Below the pieces are notes generated by a model. The model was not told where the DNA came from and did not search any database. It saw nothing but the letters and a program-made list of their open reading frames with translations. This document shows positions 10,375 through 19,485 of a DNA stretch of 64,000 bases, one piece after another. The stretch lies in assembly GCA_902796425.1 (NCBI GenBank), contig CADBPC010000091.1:82-64081 (forward strand), in the 5' to 3' direction. The position numbers and the translations under genes are program-made. The DNA is from an uncultured Lachnospiraceae bacterium (lineage in GTDB: Bacteria > Bacillota > Clostridia > Lachnospirales > Lachnospiraceae). How positions within the stretch are numbered: the stretch's first letter is position 1; the number at the start of each line of letters is the position of its first letter.

Positions 10375-10746
10375 ATGGAAACAAGAAATCTTACATGTAT
10401 CAACTGTCCGATGGGCTGTCAGCTCACGGTCGTGACAGATGGCGGCGAGGTGGTCTCGGTTACGGGCAACACCTGCCCCCGCGGCGAGATCTATGCCAGG
10501 AAAGAGGTGACGCACCCCACCAGGATCGTGACCAGCACGGTAAGTGTTTCGGGCGGCGTCATTCCCGTCGTGTCTGTAAAGACAGCCTCTGACATCCCGA
10601 AGGAGAGCATTCAGGCAGTGATGGACGCTGTAAGCGGCGTCTGTGTCAATGCGCCGGTCAGCATCGGCGACGTCCTTCTTGAAAACATCGCAGGGACAGG
10701 CGCGGCACTTGTCGCCACGAAAAATGTGGCGGCAAAACAGCTGTGA
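10375..10746 (+). CDS. DUF1667 domain-containing protein
   Basis: 123 aa. LTCINCPMGCQLTV...GNTCPRGEIYA Cys motif and its position as third gene after the two flavoproteins match the conserved glpA-like/oxidoreductase/DUF1667 triad recalled from Thermotoga and Clostridia. Confidence 0.8.
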   Translation: METRNLTCINCPMGCQLTVVTDGGEVVSVTGNTCPRGEIYARKEVTHPTRIVTSTVSVSGGVIPVVSVKTASDIPKESIQAVMDAVSGVCVNAPVSIGDVLLENIAGTGAALVATKNVAAKQL

Positions 10747-11579
10747 GCGCGCGCACTGCAGCCGTCCTCAACATAAATGCGGATCCGGAGAATATCCTTC
10801 CCGGGATCCGCGTTTTTGCGCTTGATATGGACGGTACGATCTATCTGGGTGAAAAGTGGATTGACGGCGCAAAGCGCTTTCTTGAGAGGATCACCGAGAG
10901 CGGCAGGTCCTTTATTTTCCTTACCAACAACTCTTCGAAGGACCCTTCCGCCTATGTGGAAAAGCTTCACAGAATGGGCTTTGATGTCGGGGAAGAGAAA
11001 ATCGTTACCTCCGGGCAGGCGATGATCTGGTACCTGAAAAAGAATTATCCCGGAAAAAGAGTGTTCCTTCTTGGAAATGAGCTTCTTTCAGAGGAATTCA
11101 GGGCGGCCGGCATTGAGCTCGATAATGATGCTCCGGAGATTGCCGTTGTAGGCTTTGATACCAGCCTCGACTACGCAAAGATGTGCCGCGTCTGCGACTT
11201 TGTAAGGAGCGGCATGCCGTATTTTTCAACCCATCCGGACTATAACTGCCCCACGGAGACCGGTTTTATCCCGGACGCGGGAGCGATCATGGCTTTCATT
11301 CACGCCTCCGCCTTCCGCTGGCCGGATGAGATCATCGGCAAGCCCTATACCGTCATTTCAGACTATCTTCTGGACCGCTTAAGAGCGGACATGCCTGACC
11401 TTGAGCGCAGTGAAATCGCCATGGCGGGCGACAGACTCTACACGGACATCGCTGCCGGCGTAAACGCGGGCTTCCGCAGCATCCTTGTCCTGTCGGGAGA
11501 AGCGACGCTGAAAGACGCCGTCTCCTCCGAAGTCAAACCGGACCTTATCTACAGCTCCGTCAGGGAAATTCCTCTCTGA
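10743..11579 (+). CDS. HAD-IIA family hydrolase (NagD-like sugar/glycerol phosphatase type)
   Basis: 278 aa, GTG start overlapping the DUF1667 stop (GTGA, 10743-10746). HAD motifs FALDMDGTIY (motif I), FLTNNSS (motif II), MAGDRLYTDI (motif IV). Confidence 0.8.
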   Translation: MSARTAAVLNINADPENILPGIRVFALDMDGTIYLGEKWIDGAKRFLERITESGRSFIFLTNNSSKDPSAYVEKLHRMGFDVGEEKIVTSGQAMIWYLKKNYPGKRVFLLGNELLSEEFRAAGIELDNDAPEIAVVGFDTSLDYAKMCRVCDFVRSGMPYFSTHPDYNCPTETGFIPDAGAIMAFIHASAFRWPDEIIGKPYTVISDYLLDRLRADMPDLERSEIAMAGDRLYTDIAAGVNAGFRSILVLSGEATLKDAVSSEVKPDLIYSSVREIPL

Positions 11580-11610
11580 CGGGCTCTCCGTCACTGCCCG
11601 CCCGCTGCAC

Positions 11611-11648
11611 GTCAGCAGGAGGCTGCACGTCAGCGGCCTCCCGCTGAC
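11611..11648. terminator. GC-rich hairpin between convergent genes (possible bidirectional terminator, no U-tract)
   Basis: GTCAGCAGGAGGC (11611-11623) pairs with GCCTCCCGCTGAC (11636-11648): 13 bp with one mismatch, 12-nt loop. Lies between the HAD stop (11579) and the minus-strand stop at 11656. Confidence 0.35.
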
Positions 11649-11655
11649 TATACTT

Positions 11656-13521
11656 TCAATTCCCGTACCAGGCAATGCCTTCATAGACCCAGCCCCATGA
11701 CAGAAGGACCTCGACTTCATGTTCATCCGCCGTATAGTGATGGGCTGCCGCCATCGGGTAACCCGGGCGGTACAGACGGTGAAGAGGCGTATAGAGGGAC
11801 TGCTGATCCTTGCCGAGGCTCTTCATGCTCTTTTCGGACTGCGGGGAATACCACCCGATCCCCTCGTAGGTCCAGCCTCTGCTCCTGCCCGCATAGTTTC
11901 CGAGTCCGCAGAGCGTATCCCGCTCATTGATGTCCATTGTATAGTGATGGGCAAAGCTCGCCGGGTTGTACATGCGGTATACCGGATAGCCGTACCCCTG
12001 CGGCGCGTACCACGCAATTCCCTCATAGGTCCAGCCCCGCTTTGTCAGGACATTTTTCTCATTCTCATCCGCCGTGTACAGGTGTTCCCCGGTATTCCCG
12101 TTATAGAGCCGGTGCATTGCCTTCGAGGGCAGATTGGCGATGCCGTTTAACCCTTCCGGAACAAAGCTCTCTGTCCGCACATAGCCGGACAGGAGAACTC
12201 CCTTTCCGAGATCATAGAAGATAGCTCCGTCCTTAACCTCCATGCCGCAGATCGTAAGGCCCTCCTGCGCGGTGTGTACCGCGGGAGTCGTCCCGTCGTC
12301 TCTTATTTCATAGATACTGTTTCCTACGGCAAAATAAAGATGCCCGTACAGTACAGCCGCTCCGCCGCACCCCGCCGCCGGCATTTTGATCTTTTCAACG
12401 GCGCCCGAATGGCAGCGAAGGATATCAACGTGGATATTGTCCGCGTCGGCAAAAAGAAGGACATTACTGCCGATTCCCATCTTGACGTGACCGTCGGACG
12501 CCGCCTTGTCAATCCACGGACAGCTGTCATACTTTGTGCCGCTCGCCTCGCCGTAAATGCTTCTTCTTGTATTGCTCCAGTCGCTCGACGTGTGGCCGGT
12601 TCCCGTAAGTCCTTCCCTGCTGCGGAGGAAATTCCTGTATCTCACATTCAGGCGGCAGAACGGGTTTTGTCCTGCGGCGTCCGCATCGTCCCAGGTGCAG
12701 TCCACGTAGTACCATACGCCGTCCAGGAGGACCCGGTTCCACGCATGGTCCATCCCGGGACTTACCACCGTCTCACAGGTGATCCCCGCTCTTGTCAGAA
12801 GATACTGATACGCAGCGGCATATCCCGAGCAGATGGCCCTGCCGTCCAGCATGACGTCATCAAGGCCGTATTTTGTATAGGTATAGTCGTATGTGCAGGC
12901 GGTGACCACGCTGTCGTGCAGATAAACGCATTTCTGGAGATCGCTCCAGCCGCCGTCCATTCCCGAAAGGACAGCCTGCACCCTGCTCTCGACATCCGCG
13001 CTCCTCTGGGGCGTATAGCCGGCGTCATAGTTTATGAAGAGCTTTGTCACAATCCCTGTGATTTTGTTGTACTGGATTTTGGCAGACGTTACATAAAAAT
13101 ATTCCGGATGCTCGTTGAGATATGCCTCAAAGACGTGCTGGCCTGTCATCTCGGCGTACGGCACCTTATACTGTGAGACATCGATCTCCGATGCGAGTGA
13201 TCCGAACGCAGATCCCATGGCGTTTTCCAGCCCGGCCAGATCGCCGGAGCCTGCGCTTCCCAGAAGGAATGCATCCTGCGCATTCCCTTCCAGGTTCATC
13301 TCAAACCCGCCGAGCCAGATGACATATCTATCCAGATCCAGTTCGACACTTGCGAGCTCATCCCCGGAAGAAAACTCATCTGCCGCCGCAGGCGCAGGCT
13401 CCGTTATTGCTGCCTCCGCAGCCGTCGCACTGACAGCCCCTGCCGGGTGAAGAAGAACCGCTCCCGACAGGATAAGAAGCGCAATCATCGCGTATATCAG
13501 GTTTTTAAATCGAATTCTCAT
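11656..13521 (-). CDS. Secreted transglutaminase-like (cysteine-protease-fold) protein with three C-terminal ~40-aa aromatic repeats
   Basis: 621 aa with signal peptide. Cys-His-Asp core CSGYAAAYQYLL / DHAWNRV / DCTWDD. The last 153 aa (nt 11659-12117) hold three copies of RLYNxxxxxHxYTxDxxExxxLxxxGWxYEGIxWY (DUF5648-like; name recalled, unverified). Confidence 0.8.
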   Translation of the reverse strand: MRIRFKNLIYAMIALLILSGAVLLHPAGAVSATAAEAAITEPAPAAADEFSSGDELASVELDLDRYVIWLGGFEMNLEGNAQDAFLLGSAGSGDLAGLENAMGSAFGSLASEIDVSQYKVPYAEMTGQHVFEAYLNEHPEYFYVTSAKIQYNKITGIVTKLFINYDAGYTPQRSADVESRVQAVLSGMDGGWSDLQKCVYLHDSVVTACTYDYTYTKYGLDDVMLDGRAICSGYAAAYQYLLTRAGITCETVVSPGMDHAWNRVLLDGVWYYVDCTWDDADAAGQNPFCRLNVRYRNFLRSREGLTGTGHTSSDWSNTRRSIYGEASGTKYDSCPWIDKAASDGHVKMGIGSNVLLFADADNIHVDILRCHSGAVEKIKMPAAGCGGAAVLYGHLYFAVGNSIYEIRDDGTTPAVHTAQEGLTICGMEVKDGAIFYDLGKGVLLSGYVRTESFVPEGLNGIANLPSKAMHRLYNGNTGEHLYTADENEKNVLTKRGWTYEGIAWYAPQGYGYPVYRMYNPASFAHHYTMDINERDTLCGLGNYAGRSRGWTYEGIGWYSPQSEKSMKSLGKDQQSLYTPLHRLYRPGYPMAAAHHYTADEHEVEVLLSWGWVYEGIAWYGN

Positions 13522-13527
13522 ATACCG

Positions 13528-14271
13528 CTATATTCCGAACTTCGCCCTCAGTACGGCCAGCACCACAAGATGCGCCGGATAGAAAGCGTAAAAAAACCAC
13601 TTGTTCTGTCTTCCTCTTTTGCCGTTGTACAGCATCAGCATCAAGAAGGCGGGAAAAGCATACACCTCTGTGGGATTATAGCAGCAGATCCAGACATACC
13701 CCGCCAACAGGGCAAGCGGTCTGTACTGCTTTAAAAGATAAAGAAGGACGATCAGCAGTACCCCGCCGTACCGGTAGTCCGTTGAGAGTCGATAAGCGGC
13801 AAAGCAAAGTCCTCCGATGCAAAGGCATGCCGCCGCAATATGCACCGCCCGTCTGCGGACCGTCTTGAGTGCATTGTCCAGGATCCAGATACTGACCAGC
13901 CCAAGTGCCAGAGTACAGTTCACATTCAGCTTTCCGAAGATATTACTCTGCGGATAGAATGCTTTTACAAACTGCACCTGCGACAGGACGGCAAAAATGC
14001 AGATATTTCTCAGGTATTTCCACCTGTCCCGGCTATACTTGAATCCTTCCACAATAAAAAAGCAATACACCGGAAAAGCAAATCTTCCGATGAATCGCAT
14101 GGGCTGATATGCATGTCTGAGCGATGGCAGCGCTCCCAGCGAGGCTGCGATATGATCACACAGCATCGCAGCCACAGCCAGGTACTTCAGCACGGCAGCA
14201 TTAATACCATATCTGCACGCTTTCGGCTGCGCCCCGGCTGCAGCTTCTGTTCCTATGTTCGATTCTTGCAT
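13528..14271 (-). CDS. TraX family membrane protein
   Basis: 247-aa polytopic ORF. N-terminal LKYLAVAAMLCDHIA resembles the TraX signature (LKxxAxxxMxxDHxG). Six nt upstream of the transglutaminase-like gene. Confidence 0.7.
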   Translation of the reverse strand: MQESNIGTEAAAGAQPKACRYGINAAVLKYLAVAAMLCDHIAASLGALPSLRHAYQPMRFIGRFAFPVYCFFIVEGFKYSRDRWKYLRNICIFAVLSQVQFVKAFYPQSNIFGKLNVNCTLALGLVSIWILDNALKTVRRRAVHIAAACLCIGGLCFAAYRLSTDYRYGGVLLIVLLYLLKQYRPLALLAGYVWICCYNPTEVYAFPAFLMLMLYNGKRGRQNKWFFYAFYPAHLVVLAVLRAKFGI

Positions 14272-14289
14272 AAACGGAATCCGCTGTCG

Positions 14290-14739
14290 TTATTCAATCA
14301 CAAACTCCGGCATCATGGGAACTGTATCGATATCTCCCTCCAGTTCAGCCGCTGCCGACTCCACTGAAATCTGCATGCTCCCGCTCACCTTCATTCTATA
14401 AGTAAGCACCGATGCCGCTTCCTCCTCCCAGGGCCTTTTATAAGTAAAGCATACCTCGGCTGTTCCCTTCTGAAGCGGCTTTAAGGTATAGACCTGTGTT
14501 CCGCCGGCCCCGGCAATTTCCTCATCCTCTGCGGAAGAGATGTATTCCGAAGTAATTTCAAACAGCTCCGGTTCCTGAGTAACCTCCCATTCATAGCCTG
14601 TGGTCGGATTGGCGTCAAGCTTCATCACAGCGGTCTGCGGCTTTGTTCCCGCACATCCCGACAGGATCATGCAGACCACAGCTGCCAACACCCCGTTTCT
14701 CAAAATTCCTTTCATATTCCCTCTGTTCCTTTTCCTCAT
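14290..14739 (-). CDS. Chagasin-family (MEROPS I42) cysteine-peptidase inhibitor lipoprotein
   Basis: 149 aa. Lipobox ILSGCAG; the three chagasin loops seen by eye: NPTTGYEWE, AGAGGTQ, YKRPWE. Alternative ATG at 14715. Confidence 0.8.
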   Translation of the reverse strand: MRKRNRGNMKGILRNGVLAAVVCMILSGCAGTKPQTAVMKLDANPTTGYEWEVTQEPELFEITSEYISSAEDEEIAGAGGTQVYTLKPLQKGTAEVCFTYKRPWEEEAASVLTYRMKVSGSMQISVESAAAELEGDIDTVPMMPEFVIE

Positions 14740-14757
14740 CCTGTTTTCCAGAAACCG

Positions 14758-16161
14758 TTATTCCAGAGTACCGAATGCAGCTACCGCTTCATCCACTGTC
14801 ATTTCACCGCTGCCAACAAGCCTGCCGGCAATTTTCAGCTGCGTATCCGGCTCCGGAAGAAGTGTCAGCTCCGACATGTTAATAAAGTGCTCACTGTCTA
14901 CATCCCGCAGAGCTGCGTAAATGCTGTCCGAAGGAATCCCCGTGCAGGGGGTAACCATTCTCTTCGCCTCGGCCATCCTGTTAAGCTCGTCCGTCGTAAT
15001 CAGGAACCGCATGAATTCATTGGTTATATCCAGATTGCTGCTGTTTTTGTTGACACCGAAGCCGATGGAGACCGAGCTGAGGAAATATCCTCCATTCTCC
15101 GTAGACGGAGCCAGGTAGAAGCCGTACCGGAAGGGATTTGCTGAAAACGCCTCCGACTTGCTCTCCCTCTTTCCCGTACCGGACGCGGTATTGGCCGTGG
15201 CCATCATAATCGGCACATCGCCCTCAAAGAACCGCATGATTACGGCATCATAATCATTTTCAAGCGCATTGCAGCTTTCAATGTCCACATAGCCGCGGCT
15301 CATGAAATCCCCGACCAGCTCCAGAGAGCTTCGCATATATTCTCCCGCGGACGGCGCCATTTCATTCAGCTCACTAATCGCTTCTTCATTATTAAAGACT
15401 GTTCCGATAAAGTGCGGATAGAACAGCGGGAAAATAAGCGAATCGCCGCCGTTATAACCCATCACCGGACTCTCATAGCCGGCGTTTTTCAGAGCTTCAC
15501 ATGCGGAAAGGAGTTCCTCGTAGGTCGCGGGGACATTCAGTCCCTCCTTTTCAAAAATGTCTTCGTTGACCAGCATTCCGTAGGTCGTCGTATACACGGG
15601 CACTTCCAGGACCCTCCCCTGCGCATCTGCACTCAGAAGGTCCTCTCTGATGCAGGAAAGGTCAATTCCGAGCGATTCCTGTGCAAGATCCTCCGCAGCG
15701 TCGAACAGCGAACTGAACTTTTCATCCTTTGCCATCCACGGATAGGTAAAGAAAATGTCCGGTGCCTCGCTCCCGCCGACAGCCGCCGCAATAATGCCGC
15801 TGTAATTATCCAGATATGTATATTTCATCTCGACATCGGGATAATACTCATTAAAGCGGTTGAACTCCTCTTCGATGGCTTCAAAATTGTTGTAGTGGCC
15901 GACGACGTTGACGACACCTTCCGTATCCGGTGAAAGTCCCGGAACAAAGCCTGTCTGTCCGGCGCTGTTATCCTGCACTGCGGCAGCTTCGGCCTCACTG
16001 CTGTCTGCGGCTTTTATTTCTCCGCCCGCCGGAGCCTCTGCTGATTCCGGGGCTGCGGCGGGAACGGCTGCGGGAGCTGCCGCGCCGCATGCCGCAAGGC
16101 CGGCCGCCAGTAACACCCATGTCATCCCTGCTGCAGCTGTTTTCTTAATATTCATACTCAT
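14758..16161 (-). CDS. Extracellular solute-binding protein (ABC family-1 type) lipoprotein, no cognate permease/ATPase genes nearby
   Basis: 467 aa. Lipobox LAACG followed by an Ala/Glu-rich linker; overall SBP family 1 flavour. 17 nt downstream of the hybrid kinase gene. Confidence 0.8.
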   Translation of the reverse strand: MSMNIKKTAAAGMTWVLLAAGLAACGAAAPAAVPAAAPESAEAPAGGEIKAADSSEAEAAAVQDNSAGQTGFVPGLSPDTEGVVNVVGHYNNFEAIEEEFNRFNEYYPDVEMKYTYLDNYSGIIAAAVGGSEAPDIFFTYPWMAKDEKFSSLFDAAEDLAQESLGIDLSCIREDLLSADAQGRVLEVPVYTTTYGMLVNEDIFEKEGLNVPATYEELLSACEALKNAGYESPVMGYNGGDSLIFPLFYPHFIGTVFNNEEAISELNEMAPSAGEYMRSSLELVGDFMSRGYVDIESCNALENDYDAVIMRFFEGDVPIMMATANTASGTGKRESKSEAFSANPFRYGFYLAPSTENGGYFLSSVSIGFGVNKNSSNLDITNEFMRFLITTDELNRMAEAKRMVTPCTGIPSDSIYAALRDVDSEHFINMSELTLLPEPDTQLKIAGRLVGSGEMTVDEAVAAFGTLE

Positions 16162-16178
16162 GATGCTGTTCCTTTCGT

Positions 16179-18731
16179 TTACAGATGAGACTGTGCTTCT
16201 TCCCTGATTCTTCTGATTTCCCGAAGAACCACCTTCATATCAATCGGTTTCGCAATATGTCCGTTCATTCCTGCGGCCAGGCATTCCGCCACATTTTCGG
16301 AAAATGCATCTGCCGTCATGGCGATAATGGGAATGCCGGATGCAATGGGATCCGAAAGTCCCCGGATTGCCTTCGTCGCTTCGATCCCGTTCATCACAGG
16401 CATCTGAATATCCATGAAGATCAGATCAAACTCGCCCTTCTCTGCCTTCGACACCCGTTCCACGGCAAGCTGTCCGTTCTCTGCCCTCTCGCTGTCGATG
16501 CCGTGCATCTTCAGCAGCATTGAAATGATCTCCCAGTTAATGTCATTATCCTCTGCCACCAGGATCCTCATACCCTGAATGTCGGAATCATCCTCTTCCT
16601 GCTCGCTGGACCGGCCCTTTTCTCCCGTCAGCTCGCTCAGCTTCTCGTACAGCGTCGAGCGGAACAGCGGCTTTGTGATAAAGCCGTTTACCCCGGCCTC
16701 CTTTGCGGTCTCTTCAAGATCAGACCAGTCGTAGGAGGAGCTCAGGAGAATCGGAATATCCGCACCTGTCTCCTGTCTGATCCTCTTTGCCGTCTCGATG
16801 CCGTCAAGTCCCGGCATCTTCCAGTCAAGGATAATTGCCTGGTATATCGGCCCGTTTTCATCCTTCCTCACCGCCATCTTAAGCGCCTGCTCTCCGCTCC
16901 TTGCGGTATCCGCTGTTACTCCGATGGATTCAAGAGTATACCGCGCCGTATCCAGCAGCGCCTCATCGTCATCAGCTAAAAGGACACGCATCGGCGAAAG
17001 CGAGAGCTCTGCAGGCGGCCTGTCAGCCAGCGGTATATCCAGTGTAACCTCGAAGGTGGTACCCTTTCCCACCTCACTTTGGCACTGAATGCTGCCGTTC
17101 ATCAGATAGATCATCTGCTTCGTAATGGCAAGGCCGAGACCGGTTCCCTGGATCTTATTGACTCTGCTGTCGGTCTGGCGGGAGAACGGCTGGTACATTC
17201 TGGACATAAACTCTTCTGTCATGCCTATGCCGGTGTCCGCCACCTTATAGGTAATCCGGACTGTTCCTTCCTTCTCTCCGGGTTCCTCCTTCATATCGAC
17301 AGATACACTTCCCCCCTGCCCCGTATACTTGATTGCGTTGGAAAGAAGATTGATGAATATCTGATTGAGTCTGAGCTGGTCGGCATACAGATATTCGTAA
17401 TCAAAATGATTTACCCTGAAGCTGAAATCAATATTCTTTTCCTTGATCATGGGCTGCGAAATGTTGACCAGATTATCTGCGCATTCGACGATGGAAAACG
17501 CGACAGGGCTCAGGTTCAGCTTTCCGCTCTCTACCTTGGAAATATCAAGAATGTCATTGATCAGCGTGAGCAGGTGATTGCCCGCAAGGCTGATTTTGCG
17601 GAGGCTGTCCCTGACGATTGCCGTGTCCTCCACATTTCTGCCGGCTATGGCGGTCAGTCCGATAATCGCGTTCATAGGCGTACGGATATCGTGAGACATA
17701 GTAGACAGGAAATCTGTCTTTGCCTGATTGGCCTTGTCTGCCCGGGCGGCGGCCGCCTCCAGCGTTTTATTGAAGCGGACCATGATAATAAGATCGAGTA
17801 TCAGAAGGAGCAGGAGCCCTGCGGACACAGTGCCGATCAGCAGCCAGTCCTGCCGGGTCTGATTTATATCCTTAACCGGAATCATCGTCACGATGATCCA
17901 GTTCTCTGTCGAATTGACACGCGTGTGCGCAATTAGGCATTCCTCATTCTTTGAATTGACAATCACACGTGTGCCCGGCTCACCCTTGATCTCTTCCCTG
18001 AAACGGTCCATCTCCGACTTCGTGACGGCATTATAGGACTGATAAAATTCATAGAAGTTTGAATTCTTAAAAGAACGGCCTTTGATTATATAGTCGCCGC
18101 CCGCGTCGATCAGTGCAATCTCGGCATTCTTGTAGTCTTCCGTCGGAAAGACCCACTTCTGTTCAAAGACCGATACCGGGATAATTCTCAAAAGAACCGC
18201 CCTGCGTGTACCTTCGCCGTCATCCTCTCTGAGGACGACCGGTCTGCAGAAAGCAATGGACTGTATCGCATTGACAGGATTCGTGTACGCACGGGTCACG
18301 CTGACTGTATTGTCCGTCGACAACAGATCTTCCAGTCCGCTGCTGAAGATGCCTATTTTCTGATAGGATACAGAGAAGTTTCCGGGATCGCCCGCCGGGG
18401 CGGCTGTCGACAGACCCGTAAGGGCATCCTCGTCCACATACAGAATGTGTGCCATCACATCCGTGGATGTGACAGAGGCGCGCACGAAATCGATCGCCTC
18501 CTGCGCCGACATGCCGGAAGAATTGATATAGTTTGCCCAGGTCTCGCATACCCTCTGCTCACCGATGAGGTAATTGTTGGAAACCTGATCCATCGCAGTC
18601 GTCATGTTCCCGAAGGCCTCGGTTCGGGAGGTCAGTTCACGCCTTTGCTGATTTCCGGCATATAGTATTACAAATATAAGAATGCTCGCTACTATAAGAA
18701 CATTCCCAAAAATAATCAGACCTTTTTTCAT
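16179..18731 (-). CDS. Hybrid sensor histidine kinase with periplasmic (Cache-like) domain and two receiver domains
   Basis: ORF 16179-18809; I prefer ATG 18731 (MKKGLIIFGNVLIVASILIF, TM helix). H-box SHDIRTPMNAI, G2 box GTGLGLAI, receivers LLADDDE...DWKMPGLDG and LVAEDNDIN...FMDIQMPVMNG. Confidence 0.9.
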   Translation of the reverse strand: MKKGLIIFGNVLIVASILIFVILYAGNQQRRELTSRTEAFGNMTTAMDQVSNNYLIGEQRVCETWANYINSSGMSAQEAIDFVRASVTSTDVMAHILYVDEDALTGLSTAAPAGDPGNFSVSYQKIGIFSSGLEDLLSTDNTVSVTRAYTNPVNAIQSIAFCRPVVLREDDGEGTRRAVLLRIIPVSVFEQKWVFPTEDYKNAEIALIDAGGDYIIKGRSFKNSNFYEFYQSYNAVTKSEMDRFREEIKGEPGTRVIVNSKNEECLIAHTRVNSTENWIIVTMIPVKDINQTRQDWLLIGTVSAGLLLLLILDLIIMVRFNKTLEAAAARADKANQAKTDFLSTMSHDIRTPMNAIIGLTAIAGRNVEDTAIVRDSLRKISLAGNHLLTLINDILDISKVESGKLNLSPVAFSIVECADNLVNISQPMIKEKNIDFSFRVNHFDYEYLYADQLRLNQIFINLLSNAIKYTGQGGSVSVDMKEEPGEKEGTVRITYKVADTGIGMTEEFMSRMYQPFSRQTDSRVNKIQGTGLGLAITKQMIYLMNGSIQCQSEVGKGTTFEVTLDIPLADRPPAELSLSPMRVLLADDDEALLDTARYTLESIGVTADTARSGEQALKMAVRKDENGPIYQAIILDWKMPGLDGIETAKRIRQETGADIPILLSSSYDWSDLEETAKEAGVNGFITKPLFRSTLYEKLSELTGEKGRSSEQEEDDSDIQGMRILVAEDNDINWEIISMLLKMHGIDSERAENGQLAVERVSKAEKGEFDLIFMDIQMPVMNGIEATKAIRGLSDPIASGIPIIAMTADAFSENVAECLAAGMNGHIAKPIDMKVVLREIRRIREEAQSHL

Positions 18732-18849
18732 CTGCCCTCGTCCCGAGCCCGCCAATCTGTGTTTACAATACTGTGCTTTCCGGCTCATATGACTGTTTAC
18801 TCTGTACAATTATATTATGAGCTGACAGCCTTGCCAAGTTTCCGGGGCT

Positions 18850-19329
18850 TTATGAATGCTGTATTCCTTTCCTGTCCATTGCTTTCAGGATCAGCTCCTG
18901 CGCTTCGCAAAATGCCCCCGGCAGATACTGCGCATGCCACTCTTTTCCCTGCTTTTCCGCCTTCTTGATTTCCTCCCAGCCCTCGCCGTGCTCACCGATG
19001 GGAGGGATGCCTGCATCCGTAAATACGTGAGGGTGGCGCCGCACCATTTTGTCCGCCGCTTCCTTTGCGACATCATCAAACGTGAACAGCCCCTCTTCCT
19101 GCGCGATGACCGCGTGGAACATGACCTGCAGCAGAAGATCGCCCAGCTCTTCCCTCAGATTCCCGGGATCCCCGGTTTCCTCCAGAATATTGATCCCTCC
19201 GATCACCTCCGCCGCCTCTTCGATGCATTCCGGCTTCAGGCTTGCATGCGTCTGCGCCCTGTCCCAGGGGCAGCCGTCCTCACTCCGTAATTTCTCAACA
19301 ACCTCTTTTAAACGCTTAATCTCATCCAT
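18850..19329 (-). CDS. MazG-type nucleoside triphosphate pyrophosphohydrolase
   Basis: 159 aa. CPWDRAQTHASLKPECIEEAAEV and ELGDLLLQVMFH match the MazG EExxE/ELGD helices. Confidence 0.8.
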   Translation of the reverse strand: MDEIKRLKEVVEKLRSEDGCPWDRAQTHASLKPECIEEAAEVIGGINILEETGDPGNLREELGDLLLQVMFHAVIAQEEGLFTFDDVAKEAADKMVRRHPHVFTDAGIPPIGEHGEGWEEIKKAEKQGKEWHAQYLPGAFCEAQELILKAMDRKGIQHS

Positions 19330-19380
19330 TTTGTTTTCACCCTGCTGCCGTTTTCATGCATCAGAAACGATCATTCTCTA

Positions 19381-19419
19381 AAAACGAAAAGGAATACCTG
19401 CAGTGATACAGGCATTCCC
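19381..19419 (-). terminator. Rho-independent terminator after the alcohol dehydrogenase gene
   Basis: Minus-strand RNA: GGAAUGCCUG-loop-CAGGUAUUCC (plus arms 19391-19400 / 19410-19419, one mismatch) followed by UUUUCGUUUU (19381-19390). Confidence 0.55.
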
Positions 19420-19485
19420 AGTATATCCTGTGTATGGATTCCGGCGGCGGCGCTGCGGTGCCGCCTGCCGGCTTATTCCGTAAAA

